64,000 nucleotides of DNA from Polyangiaceae bacterium (GTDB lineage Bacteria > Myxococcota_A > Polyangia > Polyangiales > Polyangiaceae). Positions 55,258 to 64,000 of this stretch are shown here, one piece after another (position 1 is the first letter of the stretch; each line of letters begins with the position of its first letter). Under the pieces are notes generated by a model. It searched no databases. It was not told the origin of the DNA and saw nothing but the letters and a program-made list of their open reading frames with translations. The stretch is from assembly GCA_044222475.1 (NCBI GenBank), contig JBGANF010000001.1, positions 1 through 64,000 on the forward strand. Reading direction: 5' to 3'. Made by a program: the position numbers and the translations under genes.

Positions 55258-56877
55258 TTATTGCGGCGGGGGCGGCGGCGGAGGGAACCCCGGGAACGTC
55301 GGGATCGGCGGAAATCCGCTGGGAACGGTGATCACGAAGCCGCCGTCCGGCGGGCCCGGAAACGGAAAGTGCGGGAAGCCGCCCGCGTCGACTGCGGCGG
55401 GGGCTCCGGCGTCGGGGAGCTTGAGCCCGCCGTCGGGGAGCGCGGTCGGGAGCGGGCCGCTCTGCGTGCCGGTGGGACCGGGGCCGATCGGACCCGGCGG
55501 TACCTTGTTGGTACCGAGGGTGGCGAGCGGCTGCGTGGTGTCCGTGCCGTTGGCGGTCGGCGTGGTGGCGATCGGAGTGGTGCCGGAGGCGGTCGGCGTC
55601 GTGGCGGTCGGGCGAGTCGCGGTGCCGTCATCGCGGCTCGACATCGCCACCACGACCGCGGCGACGAGGCCGCCGACGATGAGAAAGCCGATCACGAAGA
55701 TCCACACGCCAGAGCCGCTCTTCTTCCGACCGCGCTGACCCGGCGGCGCACCGCCGTACGCGGGCTGCAGCGCGGGCGGCGGGACGTTCGGTAGCGGGGC
55801 GATGCCGACCGGACCGCCGCGCTCGGTGCGAGGTCCGCGGGCCTCGACGTCCGACGGCGCGGCGACGGCAGGCGCGACCACCGGCGCGACCACCGGCGCG
55901 ACCGCGGGAGCGATCTGCGCGGCGACCGCCGGCAGCGGTTTCGTCCCGCCCGCGGGCGCCGTCTGCGCGAGCGCGCCGGTCGGGCTCGCGTCGACGTGGA
56001 CTCGCGTCGTGGACGGCGCGCTGGAGAGCGTGGCCTCGAGGGCGAGCCGCATCTCGGTCGCGGACTGAAAGCGCAGCTCGGGGCGCGGGCCCATCGCTTG
56101 ATGCACGAGCCCCGCGATCGGCGGCGGGACCTCGGGCGCGGCGTGAATGAGCGGTGTCACGTCGCCTTGCTCGATCTTCACCGCGAGGAGGCGCGCGTCG
56201 AGACCGGTCACCGGCCGTTGGCCGGAGAGCATCTCGTAGAACATCACGCCGACGGAGTAGATGTCGGCTCGGGCGTCGGCGCGGTCGGCGGAGAACGCTT
56301 GCTCGGGCGCCATGTACTCGGCGGTGCCCATCGTGATGCCAGCCATCGTCAGGTTGGAGCTCGTGTCACCGGCGGCGTCCTTCTTGACCTTCGCGATGCC
56401 GAAGTCGATCAGCTTGAGGACCGGCTTCCCCGCTTGCACGGTGACGAACACGTTCTCGGGCTTGAGATCGCGGTGGACGACGCCGAGTGCGTGGGCGGCC
56501 TCCAGGCCTTCGAGGATCTGTTTCGTGTATTCTGCAGCGATCGGGAGCGGGAGCTTCTTCTCGCGGTCGAGGACGGCGAGCAAGGTCTGGCCCTCGAGGA
56601 GCTCCATGACCATGTACGCCTCGCCGTCGCCGGCTTGGTCGACGTCCATGACCTGGGCGACGTGGGGGCTCTTGATCTGCGCGGAGACGCGGGCCTCTTG
56701 GAGGAATCGCTCGACGATCCCCGGTCGCTGCGCGACCTCGGGGTGGATCACCTTGATGGCGACGCGCGTGCCGAGCTTCTCGTGCATGGCCTCGAACACG
56801 AAGCCCATTCCGCCGTCGCCGATGAGCCGGAGGATGCGGTACTTGCCGCCGAGGACGTTGCCGATGGTGACCGACAT
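55258..56877 (-). CDS. Membrane Ser/Thr protein kinase
   Basis: GDGGMG, VAIK, HRDLKPEN, DFG, GTAEYMAPEQ; TM plus Pro-rich tail. Confidence 0.95.
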   Translation of the reverse strand: MSVTIGNVLGGKYRILRLIGDGGMGFVFEAMHEKLGTRVAIKVIHPEVAQRPGIVERFLQEARVSAQIKSPHVAQVMDVDQAGDGEAYMVMELLEGQTLLAVLDREKKLPLPIAAEYTKQILEGLEAAHALGVVHRDLKPENVFVTVQAGKPVLKLIDFGIAKVKKDAAGDTSSNLTMAGITMGTAEYMAPEQAFSADRADARADIYSVGVMFYEMLSGQRPVTGLDARLLAVKIEQGDVTPLIHAAPEVPPPIAGLVHQAMGPRPELRFQSATEMRLALEATLSSAPSTTRVHVDASPTGALAQTAPAGGTKPLPAVAAQIAPAVAPVVAPVVAPAVAAPSDVEARGPRTERGGPVGIAPLPNVPPPALQPAYGGAPPGQRGRKKSGSGVWIFVIGFLIVGGLVAAVVVAMSSRDDGTATRPTATTPTASGTTPIATTPTANGTDTTQPLATLGTNKVPPGPIGPGPTGTQSGPLPTALPDGGLKLPDAGAPAAVDAGGFPHFPFPGPPDGGFVITVPSGFPPIPTFPGFPPPPPPPQ

Positions 56878-56947
56878 CGATGCCCCTTCTTACCACATCC
56901 GTCCGACGCGACTGGACGGATGAGCCAGGCTTCGTTTTACTGAAAGC

Positions 56948-57866
56948 ATGCGCTCCACCATCCTCGGCGTCGGTCACTACGTCCCCACCAAGGTCGTGAA
57001 GAACGACGACCTCGCGAAGCTCATGACCACGTCGGACGAATGGATCGTCCAGCGGACCGGCATCAAGGAGCGGCGCTACATCGAGCACTCGGGGATCGGG
57101 GCGAGCGATCTCGCCGTCCCGGCGACCGACATGGCGCTCGAGCACGCGAAGCTCGCGCGCAAGGACATCGACGCGATCATCTTCGCGACGCTCTCACCGG
57201 ATCACAACTTCCCCGGCTCGGGGTGTTTCCTCGGTGACAAGCTCGGGCTGCCGGGCATTCCCGCGCTCGACGTGCGCAACCAGTGCTCCGGGTTCTTGTA
57301 TGGACTCTCGATCGCCGACGCGTGGGTACGCGCCGGGGTGTATCGCCACATCCTCTTGGTCGGCTCGGAGGTGCACTCGACCGGTGTCGAGTTCACCGAT
57401 CGCGGGCGCGACGTCGCGGTGCTCTTCGGCGACGGCGCGGGAGCGGCGGTCATCGGCGCAGCGACCGACGAGGGTCAGGGGCTGAAGTCGATCGCGCTGC
57501 ACGCCGACGGATCCGGCGCGAAGGATCTGTGGCTCGAGGCGCCCGCGTCGAACCACATCCCGCGGATGACGAAGGAGATGATCGACGAGGGGAAGCACTA
57601 CCCGGCGATGAACGGGAAGCAGGTCTTCCGCTGGGCGACGGAGAAGATGCCGGAGGTCTCGCGCGAGGTGCTCGAGAAGGCGCAGCTGACGATCGCCGGC
57701 GAAGGTGGTGCACAACATCGAGAAGTACGGAAACACGACGGCGGCGACGATCCCGCTGGGTCTGTCGGAGGCATGGCGCGAAGGGCGCTGCAAGAAAGGG
57801 TCGAACATCCTGATGGCGGCGTTCGGGAGCGGGTACACCTGGGGAGGCGCGGTGCTGACGCTCTAG
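56948..57866 (+). pseudogene. fabH: 3-oxoacyl-ACP synthase III, disrupted by an internal deletion and frameshift near 57696
   Basis: WIVQRTGI, NQCSGF, FGDGAGA, MNGKQVF in frame 1; [27 protein letters not shown] in the +1 frame; the PHQAN segment is absent. Confidence 0.85.
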
Positions 57867-57914
57867 CTGATCGGGCTTGTGTGCAGGTGTCGGTTCATGT
57901 AGGAGGACCGGGCC

Positions 57915-58373
57915 GTGCGCGTCGCTCCTCTCTTCCTCACCCTCGTCCTCGTTGGCTGCGCCGCCGACGCGGGCGACCCCGCCGACGAATCGGCCGACGA
58001 GTCGGCCGACGAGCTCGCATCGACCTTCACGTATCGCTGCTCTCGCCTCAACAAGTTCGACGACGGGTTCGATCCCACCGACTACCTGCGGGTGAGCAAG
58101 TCGAAGGTCGTCTGGAACAGGACCAACGACTTCCGCGCGTCGGCGGGCGCGCAAACCGCCAAGCATGACGTCGACTACCGGCCGAAGGGCAGCATCGCGT
58201 ACGTGCGCTACGAGTACCGCGACGCCAACGCCGTGCACGAGTGGAAGCTCGCGCCCGAGCTGGTGTCGGGCGGGATGAAGATGAAGGGCGGCGATCTCGG
58301 CGGCTTCGCCGTCCACGGCGTGACGGTCGACTGGTACGGCTCGTCGAAGTACGTCTGCTTTCGCACGAAGTGA
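57915..58373 (+). CDS. Hypothetical lipoprotein
   Basis: AGGAGG RBS, GTG start, lipobox LVGC, ADES repeats. Confidence 0.7.
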   Translation: MRVAPLFLTLVLVGCAADAGDPADESADESADELASTFTYRCSRLNKFDDGFDPTDYLRVSKSKVVWNRTNDFRASAGAQTAKHDVDYRPKGSIAYVRYEYRDANAVHEWKLAPELVSGGMKMKGGDLGGFAVHGVTVDWYGSSKYVCFRTK

Positions 58374-58383
58374 CCGTGACGGC

Positions 58384-59193
58384 CTAGGTCGGCTCGCGGT
58401 ATCGGGGGCTGCGTCGGGGCGGCGGTCCCTTGTATTCTACACATTCATCGGGGAGGCGCTGGAGCACTGGAGACTTCTGCTCCGCGCCTTCGACGGCGTT
58501 GGCGTAGAGCGACGGCGTCGACAGGAAGATGACGACCACTGGGATTTCTGCCGGCGGAAAGCCGAGATCCAACAAGGCCGCTGCCATCGCGCCGGCCGCA
58601 TTGAGCGGAGCGGCGCGGTGCCGCACGAGCGCCGCTTCGATGCGACGCGCGAGGCGCCAATGCTTCCCGTTCGCGCGACCGCGAGCTCCGAGGCAACGCT
58701 CGGCCGTGGTGACGCGCTCGTCGACGTCCCGAAATGGTACGCCGTAGCCGATGAACTTGTGACCGTGGGCCACGTCGCGCGCGACGATCGCAGCGAGCGC
58801 GTCGTCGTCGTCGAGGTTCGACCCGAGCTCGGCAGCGATCCGACTCAAGTACTGGGCGACCGCGGCCGACGACCCACCGCCGACGCTCGTGCTCTCTTGC
58901 GCGAGGAGCGCCGACGCGGCTCCGGCGAGCGTGCTCCCGTAGGTGGCACCCAGCCGCGCGATGCGCAGCGGCCAGATGCGCGGGTCGGCGGCAAGGATGC
59001 TCGCGGCGAGATCGTCGATGACCGCGGCGGCGTCGGCGTCGATCGTTCGGCCTGTCAGAGCGAGGACCAACGTCTGAACGAGGCTGCGCTGGCCGGCGAG
59101 GTCGCGATCGACCGAGTGACCACGGAAACGGTTGTCCCCATCTTCCGCTCGGCCGACTCGCGTTCGAATGGGACGCAACTCGGGCGTCTTCAC
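58384..59193 (-). CDS. Citrate-synthase/citryl-CoA-lyase-fold protein, non-canonical (DPRIWP type)
   Basis: IRTRVG..FRGHSV..DL, DPRIWP, IGYGVPFRDVDER, LNAAGAMAAALLDLGF; GTGA overlap with the upstream gene. Confidence 0.7.
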   Translation of the reverse strand: MKTPELRPIRTRVGRAEDGDNRFRGHSVDRDLAGQRSLVQTLVLALTGRTIDADAAAVIDDLAASILAADPRIWPLRIARLGATYGSTLAGAASALLAQESTSVGGGSSAAVAQYLSRIAAELGSNLDDDDALAAIVARDVAHGHKFIGYGVPFRDVDERVTTAERCLGARGRANGKHWRLARRIEAALVRHRAAPLNAAGAMAAALLDLGFPPAEIPVVVIFLSTPSLYANAVEGAEQKSPVLQRLPDECVEYKGPPPRRSPRYREPT

Positions 59194-59882
59194 TTCTCCT
59201 CCATGTACTCGAACGGCGGAACATCCATCGGGTATCCGCGGAGGTTGAGCGCCTTCACCGCGAACGCCTCGGCCCACGTGCACCCCAGGCCGGCGAGCGT
59301 GAGCGCAGCTACGAGTCGGTCGGGGCGGCGAAGGCCGCACGCGAAGAGCACCGCGACGAGCGCCGCATCCAACGAGGGCGAGTGCTGGAACACCGCCAGC
59401 GCCGAGAAGGGTGGAGGAAGCGCGCGCCGCAGCATCTCGATGCTCGGGGCATGCGGCGCAGAGGCCGTCGCCGGAAACGCGGTCGTCTGGTCTTCGAGCC
59501 AGCGCAAGAGATCTCGGAGCGCATCGATGCGTTGACCCGCGTGCTCTGCGAGAACGACGGCACCGACGGCGACGACGTTCTTGGGCGGCGCCCCGCAAAG
59601 TCGCGCGAGCCCGGCCGCGTTCGCCGGCGCCTCCGCCGCGCTCACGGGCGCTGCGAACGCGAGCGCGATCTCGAACGCGCGCCCCACGTGCGGCTCCGGC
59701 AGCGTCCCTCCGAGCGACAAGAGCACGATCTCGGCGAACGAGTAATTGGGCGCGAGGTCGTCAAAGGCTGCATACCCGAGGATCCGCGGAGATTCGCCCG
59801 GCTCGACGACGCGCGCGGAGAGCTTCTCCGGCGCGTCGATCCGCTCGACCGGACCCGCCGCTCTCTCAGCCTCGCGAGTCAC
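59190..59882 (-). CDS. Citrate-synthase-fold protein, degenerate and shorter paralog
   Basis: RILGY..DDL..YSFAEIVLLSLGGTLP, APANAAGLA, LDAALVAVLFACG. Confidence 0.6.
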   Translation of the reverse strand: MTREAERAAGPVERIDAPEKLSARVVEPGESPRILGYAAFDDLAPNYSFAEIVLLSLGGTLPEPHVGRAFEIALAFAAPVSAAEAPANAAGLARLCGAPPKNVVAVGAVVLAEHAGQRIDALRDLLRWLEDQTTAFPATASAPHAPSIEMLRRALPPPFSALAVFQHSPSLDAALVAVLFACGLRRPDRLVAALTLAGLGCTWAEAFAVKALNLRGYPMDVPPFEYMEEK

Positions 59883-61659
59883 GGCCCTTGAATCCGGCGA
59901 CCGTCTTCGCGCGATCGCCGAGCGGAGGCGAGATCGAGCCATCGGAGCGTACCTCGATCACCGCGGGTCGCTTCCCAGCAAACGCGGCGGCGACGGCGGG
60001 ACCTATCTGACCCGGTCGGTCGACGAGAACCGAGTCGATGCCCATCGCGCGCGCGATGGCGACGATGTCGAGCTTCTTGCGATACACGACGGAGTCCATC
60101 GCGCGGCCTCCGCTCACGAGCTTGCTCCCGTGCCAGGTGATGCCGTGCATCTGGTTGTTCTCCACGATCCACACGACCGGCACGTCGTACTCGTTCGCCG
60201 TCAGGAGCTCCATGCCGTTCATCGTGAAGCACGCGTCGCCGACGATCGCGATCACCGGCCGACTCGGGTCGGCGAGCTTCGCCCCGATTGGCGCGCAGGT
60301 TCCGTGCCCCATCGAGCCGAAGCCGAGGTTCAGGATGAACCTCTGCCGGCGGCGAATGCTCAGGTCGTGAATGTTGAAGAGCATGTGGCCGCCGATGTCG
60401 GAGAACACCACGGCGTCATCGGGGAGCGCGGCCTCGAGCTCCACGCGCCACCGTTGAGGAGTGAGCGGGATCGCCGTCGAAGCGCGAAGGTCGGGGTGCT
60501 CGAACCGGCTCTCGCCCGCGATGGGTCGCGGCGCGTCGGACCAGGTGGACGCAGCGGTGCGGCCTTCGCGAATGGCGCGGTGGATGTGGTAGACGAGCTC
60601 GACGAGGATCGTCTGCGCATCGCCGAGCAACGGCACGTGAACCGGGTATGCACGACCGATGCGGTCGGCGTCGATGTCGAGCTGGACGTGGATCTTGCTC
60701 CCGAGCACCGCTGGGTCCCAGTTGAACGTCGTCGTCTCGTTGAGTGACGCTCCGACCGAGAACAGGACGTCGCCCTCATCGCCGAGAAACGTGCGCCGCG
60801 CATCGCGATGTCCGGCGAAGCCGAGCACGCCGAGCGAGAGCGGATGATCTTCAGGGAACGCCCCCTTCGCTCGCGGGGTGGTAGCGACGCGCGCCGGAAG
60901 CAGCTCCGCCAGCGTGCGCACGTGCTCCTCTGCGTTCGCACCCACGACGCCGGAGCCCACGAGAATCAGCGGACGCTTTGCCTCGAGTAGGGTTTTCGCG
61001 GCGGCGGCGACCGCACTGCGATCGAACACGTTGCTCGCCGAGCGATACGTCTTGGGATCGAACCACTGCTCTTCGGCGACCGCGCGTCCCCAGAAATCCA
61101 CCGGAATGTTGAGGTGCACCGGACCGGGTCTCCCGGAGAGGCTCATGCGCAGCGCTCTCCTCAAGTGGTGACCGATCCGATCCGGTGAAGTCACGAGCGC
61201 CGAGTACTTGGTGACCGACCGAAACATGCCCACCGAGTCCATGTCCTCGGGTGACGTCTCTTGCGCGGCGCCCTTGCCCGTCGTGGTCGAGGGGGCTTGG
61301 CCGGTAATCACGAGCAGCGGAACACCGTCGGCGTACGCCACGGAGACACCGGTGAGGAGGTTCGTCGCTCCCGGCCCGGACGTGCCCGCGCACACGGCGA
61401 GGCGGTTCTTCATGCGCGCGAACCCGTCGGCCATGAACGCCGCGCCCTCCTCGTGCTTGGCGACGATGAGGCGAAACGACGGGTGACGCTCGACGGCATC
61501 GAAGAACGGGTGCAACAGGCCGCCGGGGACTCCGAAAACCACGGTCGCGTCCTCGGCGAGGAGGTAGCGAAGCATGACGTCGACGGCGGTCGGGGTCTCG
61601 ATGACCCCCGAGTCTTCGTCGGAGTCTCGGCGGGCGCGCGGGAAGAACGAGCTGGACAT
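59866..61659 (-). CDS. Thiamine-diphosphate-dependent enzyme, acetolactate-synthase-like
   Basis: VFGVPGG, HEEGAAFMADG, TSGPGATN, GPVHL, GSMG, GDACF..ENN. Confidence 0.93.
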   Translation of the reverse strand: MSSSFFPRARRDSDEDSGVIETPTAVDVMLRYLLAEDATVVFGVPGGLLHPFFDAVERHPSFRLIVAKHEEGAAFMADGFARMKNRLAVCAGTSGPGATNLLTGVSVAYADGVPLLVITGQAPSTTTGKGAAQETSPEDMDSVGMFRSVTKYSALVTSPDRIGHHLRRALRMSLSGRPGPVHLNIPVDFWGRAVAEEQWFDPKTYRSASNVFDRSAVAAAAKTLLEAKRPLILVGSGVVGANAEEHVRTLAELLPARVATTPRAKGAFPEDHPLSLGVLGFAGHRDARRTFLGDEGDVLFSVGASLNETTTFNWDPAVLGSKIHVQLDIDADRIGRAYPVHVPLLGDAQTILVELVYHIHRAIREGRTAASTWSDAPRPIAGESRFEHPDLRASTAIPLTPQRWRVELEAALPDDAVVFSDIGGHMLFNIHDLSIRRRQRFILNLGFGSMGHGTCAPIGAKLADPSRPVIAIVGDACFTMNGMELLTANEYDVPVVWIVENNQMHGITWHGSKLVSGGRAMDSVVYRKKLDIVAIARAMGIDSVLVDRPGQIGPAVAAAFAGKRPAVIEVRSDGSISPPLGDRAKTVAGFKGRDSRG

Positions 61660-61662
61660 GCG

Positions 61663-63336
61663 TCAGTGTGCGGAGCGGATGCGGACGACGCGGCGGACCA
61701 CGTCCTGAATGGCTTCGGACGGCGGCGCTTTGGCGACCGTTGCGCTCGGTGGCAGCGGCGTGGCCTCGCGCTCGACCGGAAAGTGAATCCACACCGTGGT
61801 GCCCATCCCCGGTCGTGACATGACCTCGAGGCGGCCGCCAACCTGATCGAGCAGTCGAACCGTGTTCGCCAGACCGATGCCGAGGCTGTCACCGATGGCG
61901 GGGTTCTCGTCCGGCTCGGTGCCGGTGAACACGTGCTCCAGACGATCCGGGCTGATTCCGCGTCCCGTGTCGGACACTTTGACCGAGAGCGTGCCGGGCG
62001 ATCCGGAGACTTCGACGACGATACTTCCGCGATCGGTGTATTTTGCAGCGTTCGTGACGATGTTGTCGATGATGCGATCGAAGATCGTCGCATCGGACGT
62101 GATGGCGTCGGGCGCCTCGCGCGCGCGGAAGCAGCTCGCGGTGACGCCGCGCCCGAGGAGCAACGCGTCGAAATGGGCCTTGATGCGATCGGCGAGGCCG
62201 TCGACTGGGATGCGGGTCGCGCGGATGGAGAAGGCATCGGGCTTGTTCGCGGCCACCTCGGCGAGCTGACCGAGCTGGTCCCGCAGTCGTCGGACCGACT
62301 CCTCGATCTCGCGGCCCGCCTCCCCCTCGTCATAGGGTTCACGTGATCGCAGCCGATGAGCGAGAAAGATGAGGACCTGGAGCGGGCTCCGCATGTCGTG
62401 AGAAAGCCCTCGCAACGAGATGCTCTTCTGGTCCTGGAGGGAAGTGATCTTCTCGATGAGCTCCTCGAGCTGCGCCGTTCTCTCGCGAACGCGCTCTTCG
62501 AGAAGGCCGGTGTAGCTCTGCTCGCGCTGACTGAGCGAGCGCAGCTCGGCCACTGCGCGCTCGTGGTCTTGGACGAGGTCCTCGACCAACCGCGTCGTGT
62601 CGCTCTGAAACGTCGTCGTCGTCCGCGAGCTCTCCGCGTACGCGACCGCAAGACCGATCGCTCCACCCAACAGCGGAAACAGCGTGAGGAGCGGCCCGCC
62701 CAACGCGGGAGACACATGCGGCGCCGCCACGGCGAGCGCGCTCGCGCCAGCGGCGCCGAGGAGTGCCCATCGCATCCGCAACGTCTCGGCCCACCGAACG
62801 ACGTAGCTGCAGCAATCGTCACCGTGGGCGATGCACTTCTCCTCGGTGAGCGCCGCTGGCGGGAGCCCGGGCCACAGCGACGGCACGAGCTTCAGTTGCG
62901 CCTGACGGCTGAGGCACATCAAACGACTCTCGGTCTTGGAGCTCTTGTAGGTGATCCGAACCGTGTTCGGCGGTCCGGTGTCCTCGATCGTGAACTTGCT
63001 GATCGAGCTGACCACGCTCGCCGTGCGCACCATGCCGCCGTATGCGGTGCGCACAGTGCCGGCGCGGAACAAGATGATGAGCGCGCCGTAGCGGCGGATG
63101 GCTTCGTACGAACAGGCGCGGACGAACTCGCCGTCGCTTGCCATGAGCGCGCGCGAGCGTTCGAGGATCTCCTCGAACTGCTCGTGGCTCACCCACCCAT
63201 CGGGCGAGTCGGGGTCGATCGCGGTCCCGGCAGGCGCCAATACCTCGGCGCACGCCGCCGCTCCGTGTCGCTCTTTCACATAGTGAAGCAGCGACGCGAT
63301 GATCTTCAGGTTGAGGTCGCGCGATGGTTGCGGCAT
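61663..63336 (-). CDS. Sensor histidine kinase with N-terminal HNOB/V4R-like domain and two TMs
   Basis: C...EEKCIAHGDDCC V4R-like metal site; SHDMRSPL H-box; NAAKYT, DTGRGI, GIGL; start MPQPSR at 63336. Confidence 0.88.
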   Translation of the reverse strand: MPQPSRDLNLKIIASLLHYVKERHGAAACAEVLAPAGTAIDPDSPDGWVSHEQFEEILERSRALMASDGEFVRACSYEAIRRYGALIILFRAGTVRTAYGGMVRTASVVSSISKFTIEDTGPPNTVRITYKSSKTESRLMCLSRQAQLKLVPSLWPGLPPAALTEEKCIAHGDDCCSYVVRWAETLRMRWALLGAAGASALAVAAPHVSPALGGPLLTLFPLLGGAIGLAVAYAESSRTTTTFQSDTTRLVEDLVQDHERAVAELRSLSQREQSYTGLLEERVRERTAQLEELIEKITSLQDQKSISLRGLSHDMRSPLQVLIFLAHRLRSREPYDEGEAGREIEESVRRLRDQLGQLAEVAANKPDAFSIRATRIPVDGLADRIKAHFDALLLGRGVTASCFRAREAPDAITSDATIFDRIIDNIVTNAAKYTDRGSIVVEVSGSPGTLSVKVSDTGRGISPDRLEHVFTGTEPDENPAIGDSLGIGLANTVRLLDQVGGRLEVMSRPGMGTTVWIHFPVEREATPLPPSATVAKAPPSEAIQDVVRRVVRIRSAH

Positions 63337-63484
63337 CGACGGGGGGCAGAACACTATAGGCCCGAGTGCGCGAATTGGCGATGGAGTCACAACTCCTACA
63401 CCGGCGACATGTTTCAGGTTTTTCCCACCCCGCGCCCTTGCACATGCACCGTAAAGCTGGGGTGCGAATCCGAAATTCGTCAGC

Positions 63485-64000
63485 TCACGAACGAACGAAG
63501 AGCTTCCGGAGTCGGGAATCGAGGTCGGCTTCGGCCGGCGCGCCCTCCAGCAGCGGGGCCATCGGCGCGCTCGAAAGCGTGTGCCAGTAGAGAACGTTCG
63601 CGAAGTCTCCGCCGGCAACGACGTCGAGCACCGCCGCGAAACACTTCGCCGTGTACGTCGGATCGAGCGTGAGCCCGTGCTCCGCCGCGCGCACCGTCGC
63701 TTGGTCGCCCGCCCACGACGGCTCGCCGTAGCCCTTGCCGAGATAGTCGGCGGTGGGGACGATGCGCCCCCGCAGCTGCGCGCGATCGGTACCACCCGCG
63801 CGACGAAAGCACCGCGCCGCGAGCCAGCGCGCCATCGCGGTCGTGACGAACGACGGACCCGCGACGACGACCGCCATCACGCGTGTCTTCAGTCCCGCGA
63901 GCGCCAGACCGGCGGCGAGGCCCGCGACCGTGCCACCCGATCCGAGCGTGACCACCGCGAGATCCGGCTCGGGGAGCTCACCCGCGCGCACCTGCGCCGC
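63485..64000 (-). CDS. D-cysteine desulfhydrase / ACC-deaminase family PLP enzyme (C-terminal part only)
   Basis: LGSGGTVAGL, YLGKGYG, LDPTYTAK, LYWHT; N-terminus lies outside the window. Confidence 0.85.
   Translation of the reverse strand, partial: AAQVRAGELPEPDLAVVTLGSGGTVAGLAAGLALAGLKTRVMAVVVAGPSFVTTAMARWLAARCFRRAGGTDRAQLRGRIVPTADYLGKGYGEPSWAGDQATVRAAEHGLTLDPTYTAKCFAAVLDVVAGGDFANVLYWHTLSSAPMAPLLEGAPAEADLDSRLRKLFVRS

Noticed and set aside
52342..55794. 1150-aa plus-strand ORF and similar long ORFs (9361-12849, 46897-50043, 24513-26741, 39594-41762, 43460-45925)
   Set aside because: Antisense or off-frame shadows of real genes in GC-rich DNA; Arg/Ala/Gly-rich with no motifs
57690..57720. 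Programmed frameshift in fabH
   Set aside because: No slippery run, and the catalytic HQAN segment is physically missing
56948..61659. fabH as part of the ThDP cluster (as in acyloin/carbazole pathways)
   Set aside because: Opposite strand, separated by a lipoprotein gene, housekeeping-like and disrupted; no support beyond proximity
59866..61659. Calling the ThDP enzyme ilvB
   Set aside because: No ilvN/ilvC context; its neighbours suggest another role

Overview
GC-rich bacterial chromosomal segment. It is most likely a myxobacterium of the Polyangiales/Labilithrix type, inferred from MYXO-CTERM-like tails, a GltJ/AgmX-like zinc-ribbon/GYF protein, TIGR04551-like outer-membrane proteins and Ser/Thr kinase-TPR/PEGA modules. 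About 53 CDS are supported. Housekeeping genes include trpS, polA, ihfA, queA-tgt, dprA-topA, greB, def, corA and psd, alongside many envelope, lipoprotein and signalling genes. No rRNA, tRNA or CRISPR array was seen. The main candidate for an undescribed system is a tightly coupled minus-strand four-gene operon (63336->58384). It encodes a V4R/HNOB-like sensor histidine kinase, an acetolactate-synthase-like ThDP enzyme with no ilvN/ilvC partner, and two citrate-synthase-fold proteins lacking the canonical catalytic residues; this layout suggests a self-contained small-molecule synthase plus receptor (signalling) module. Also seen: a fabH broken by an internal deletion that removes the catalytic His; a RAYT (HUH Y1) transposase plus a GTAG-hairpin REP-like element and other intergenic palindromes; three good sigma54 promoters, two nearly leaderless and one driving a D->E pseudo-receiver; a tandem duplication of a TIGR04551-like gene; a CX5CH cytochrome-like lipoprotein; and two divergent secreted-protein genes overlapping head-to-head. 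All family calls come from motif recognition by eye, with no database search.
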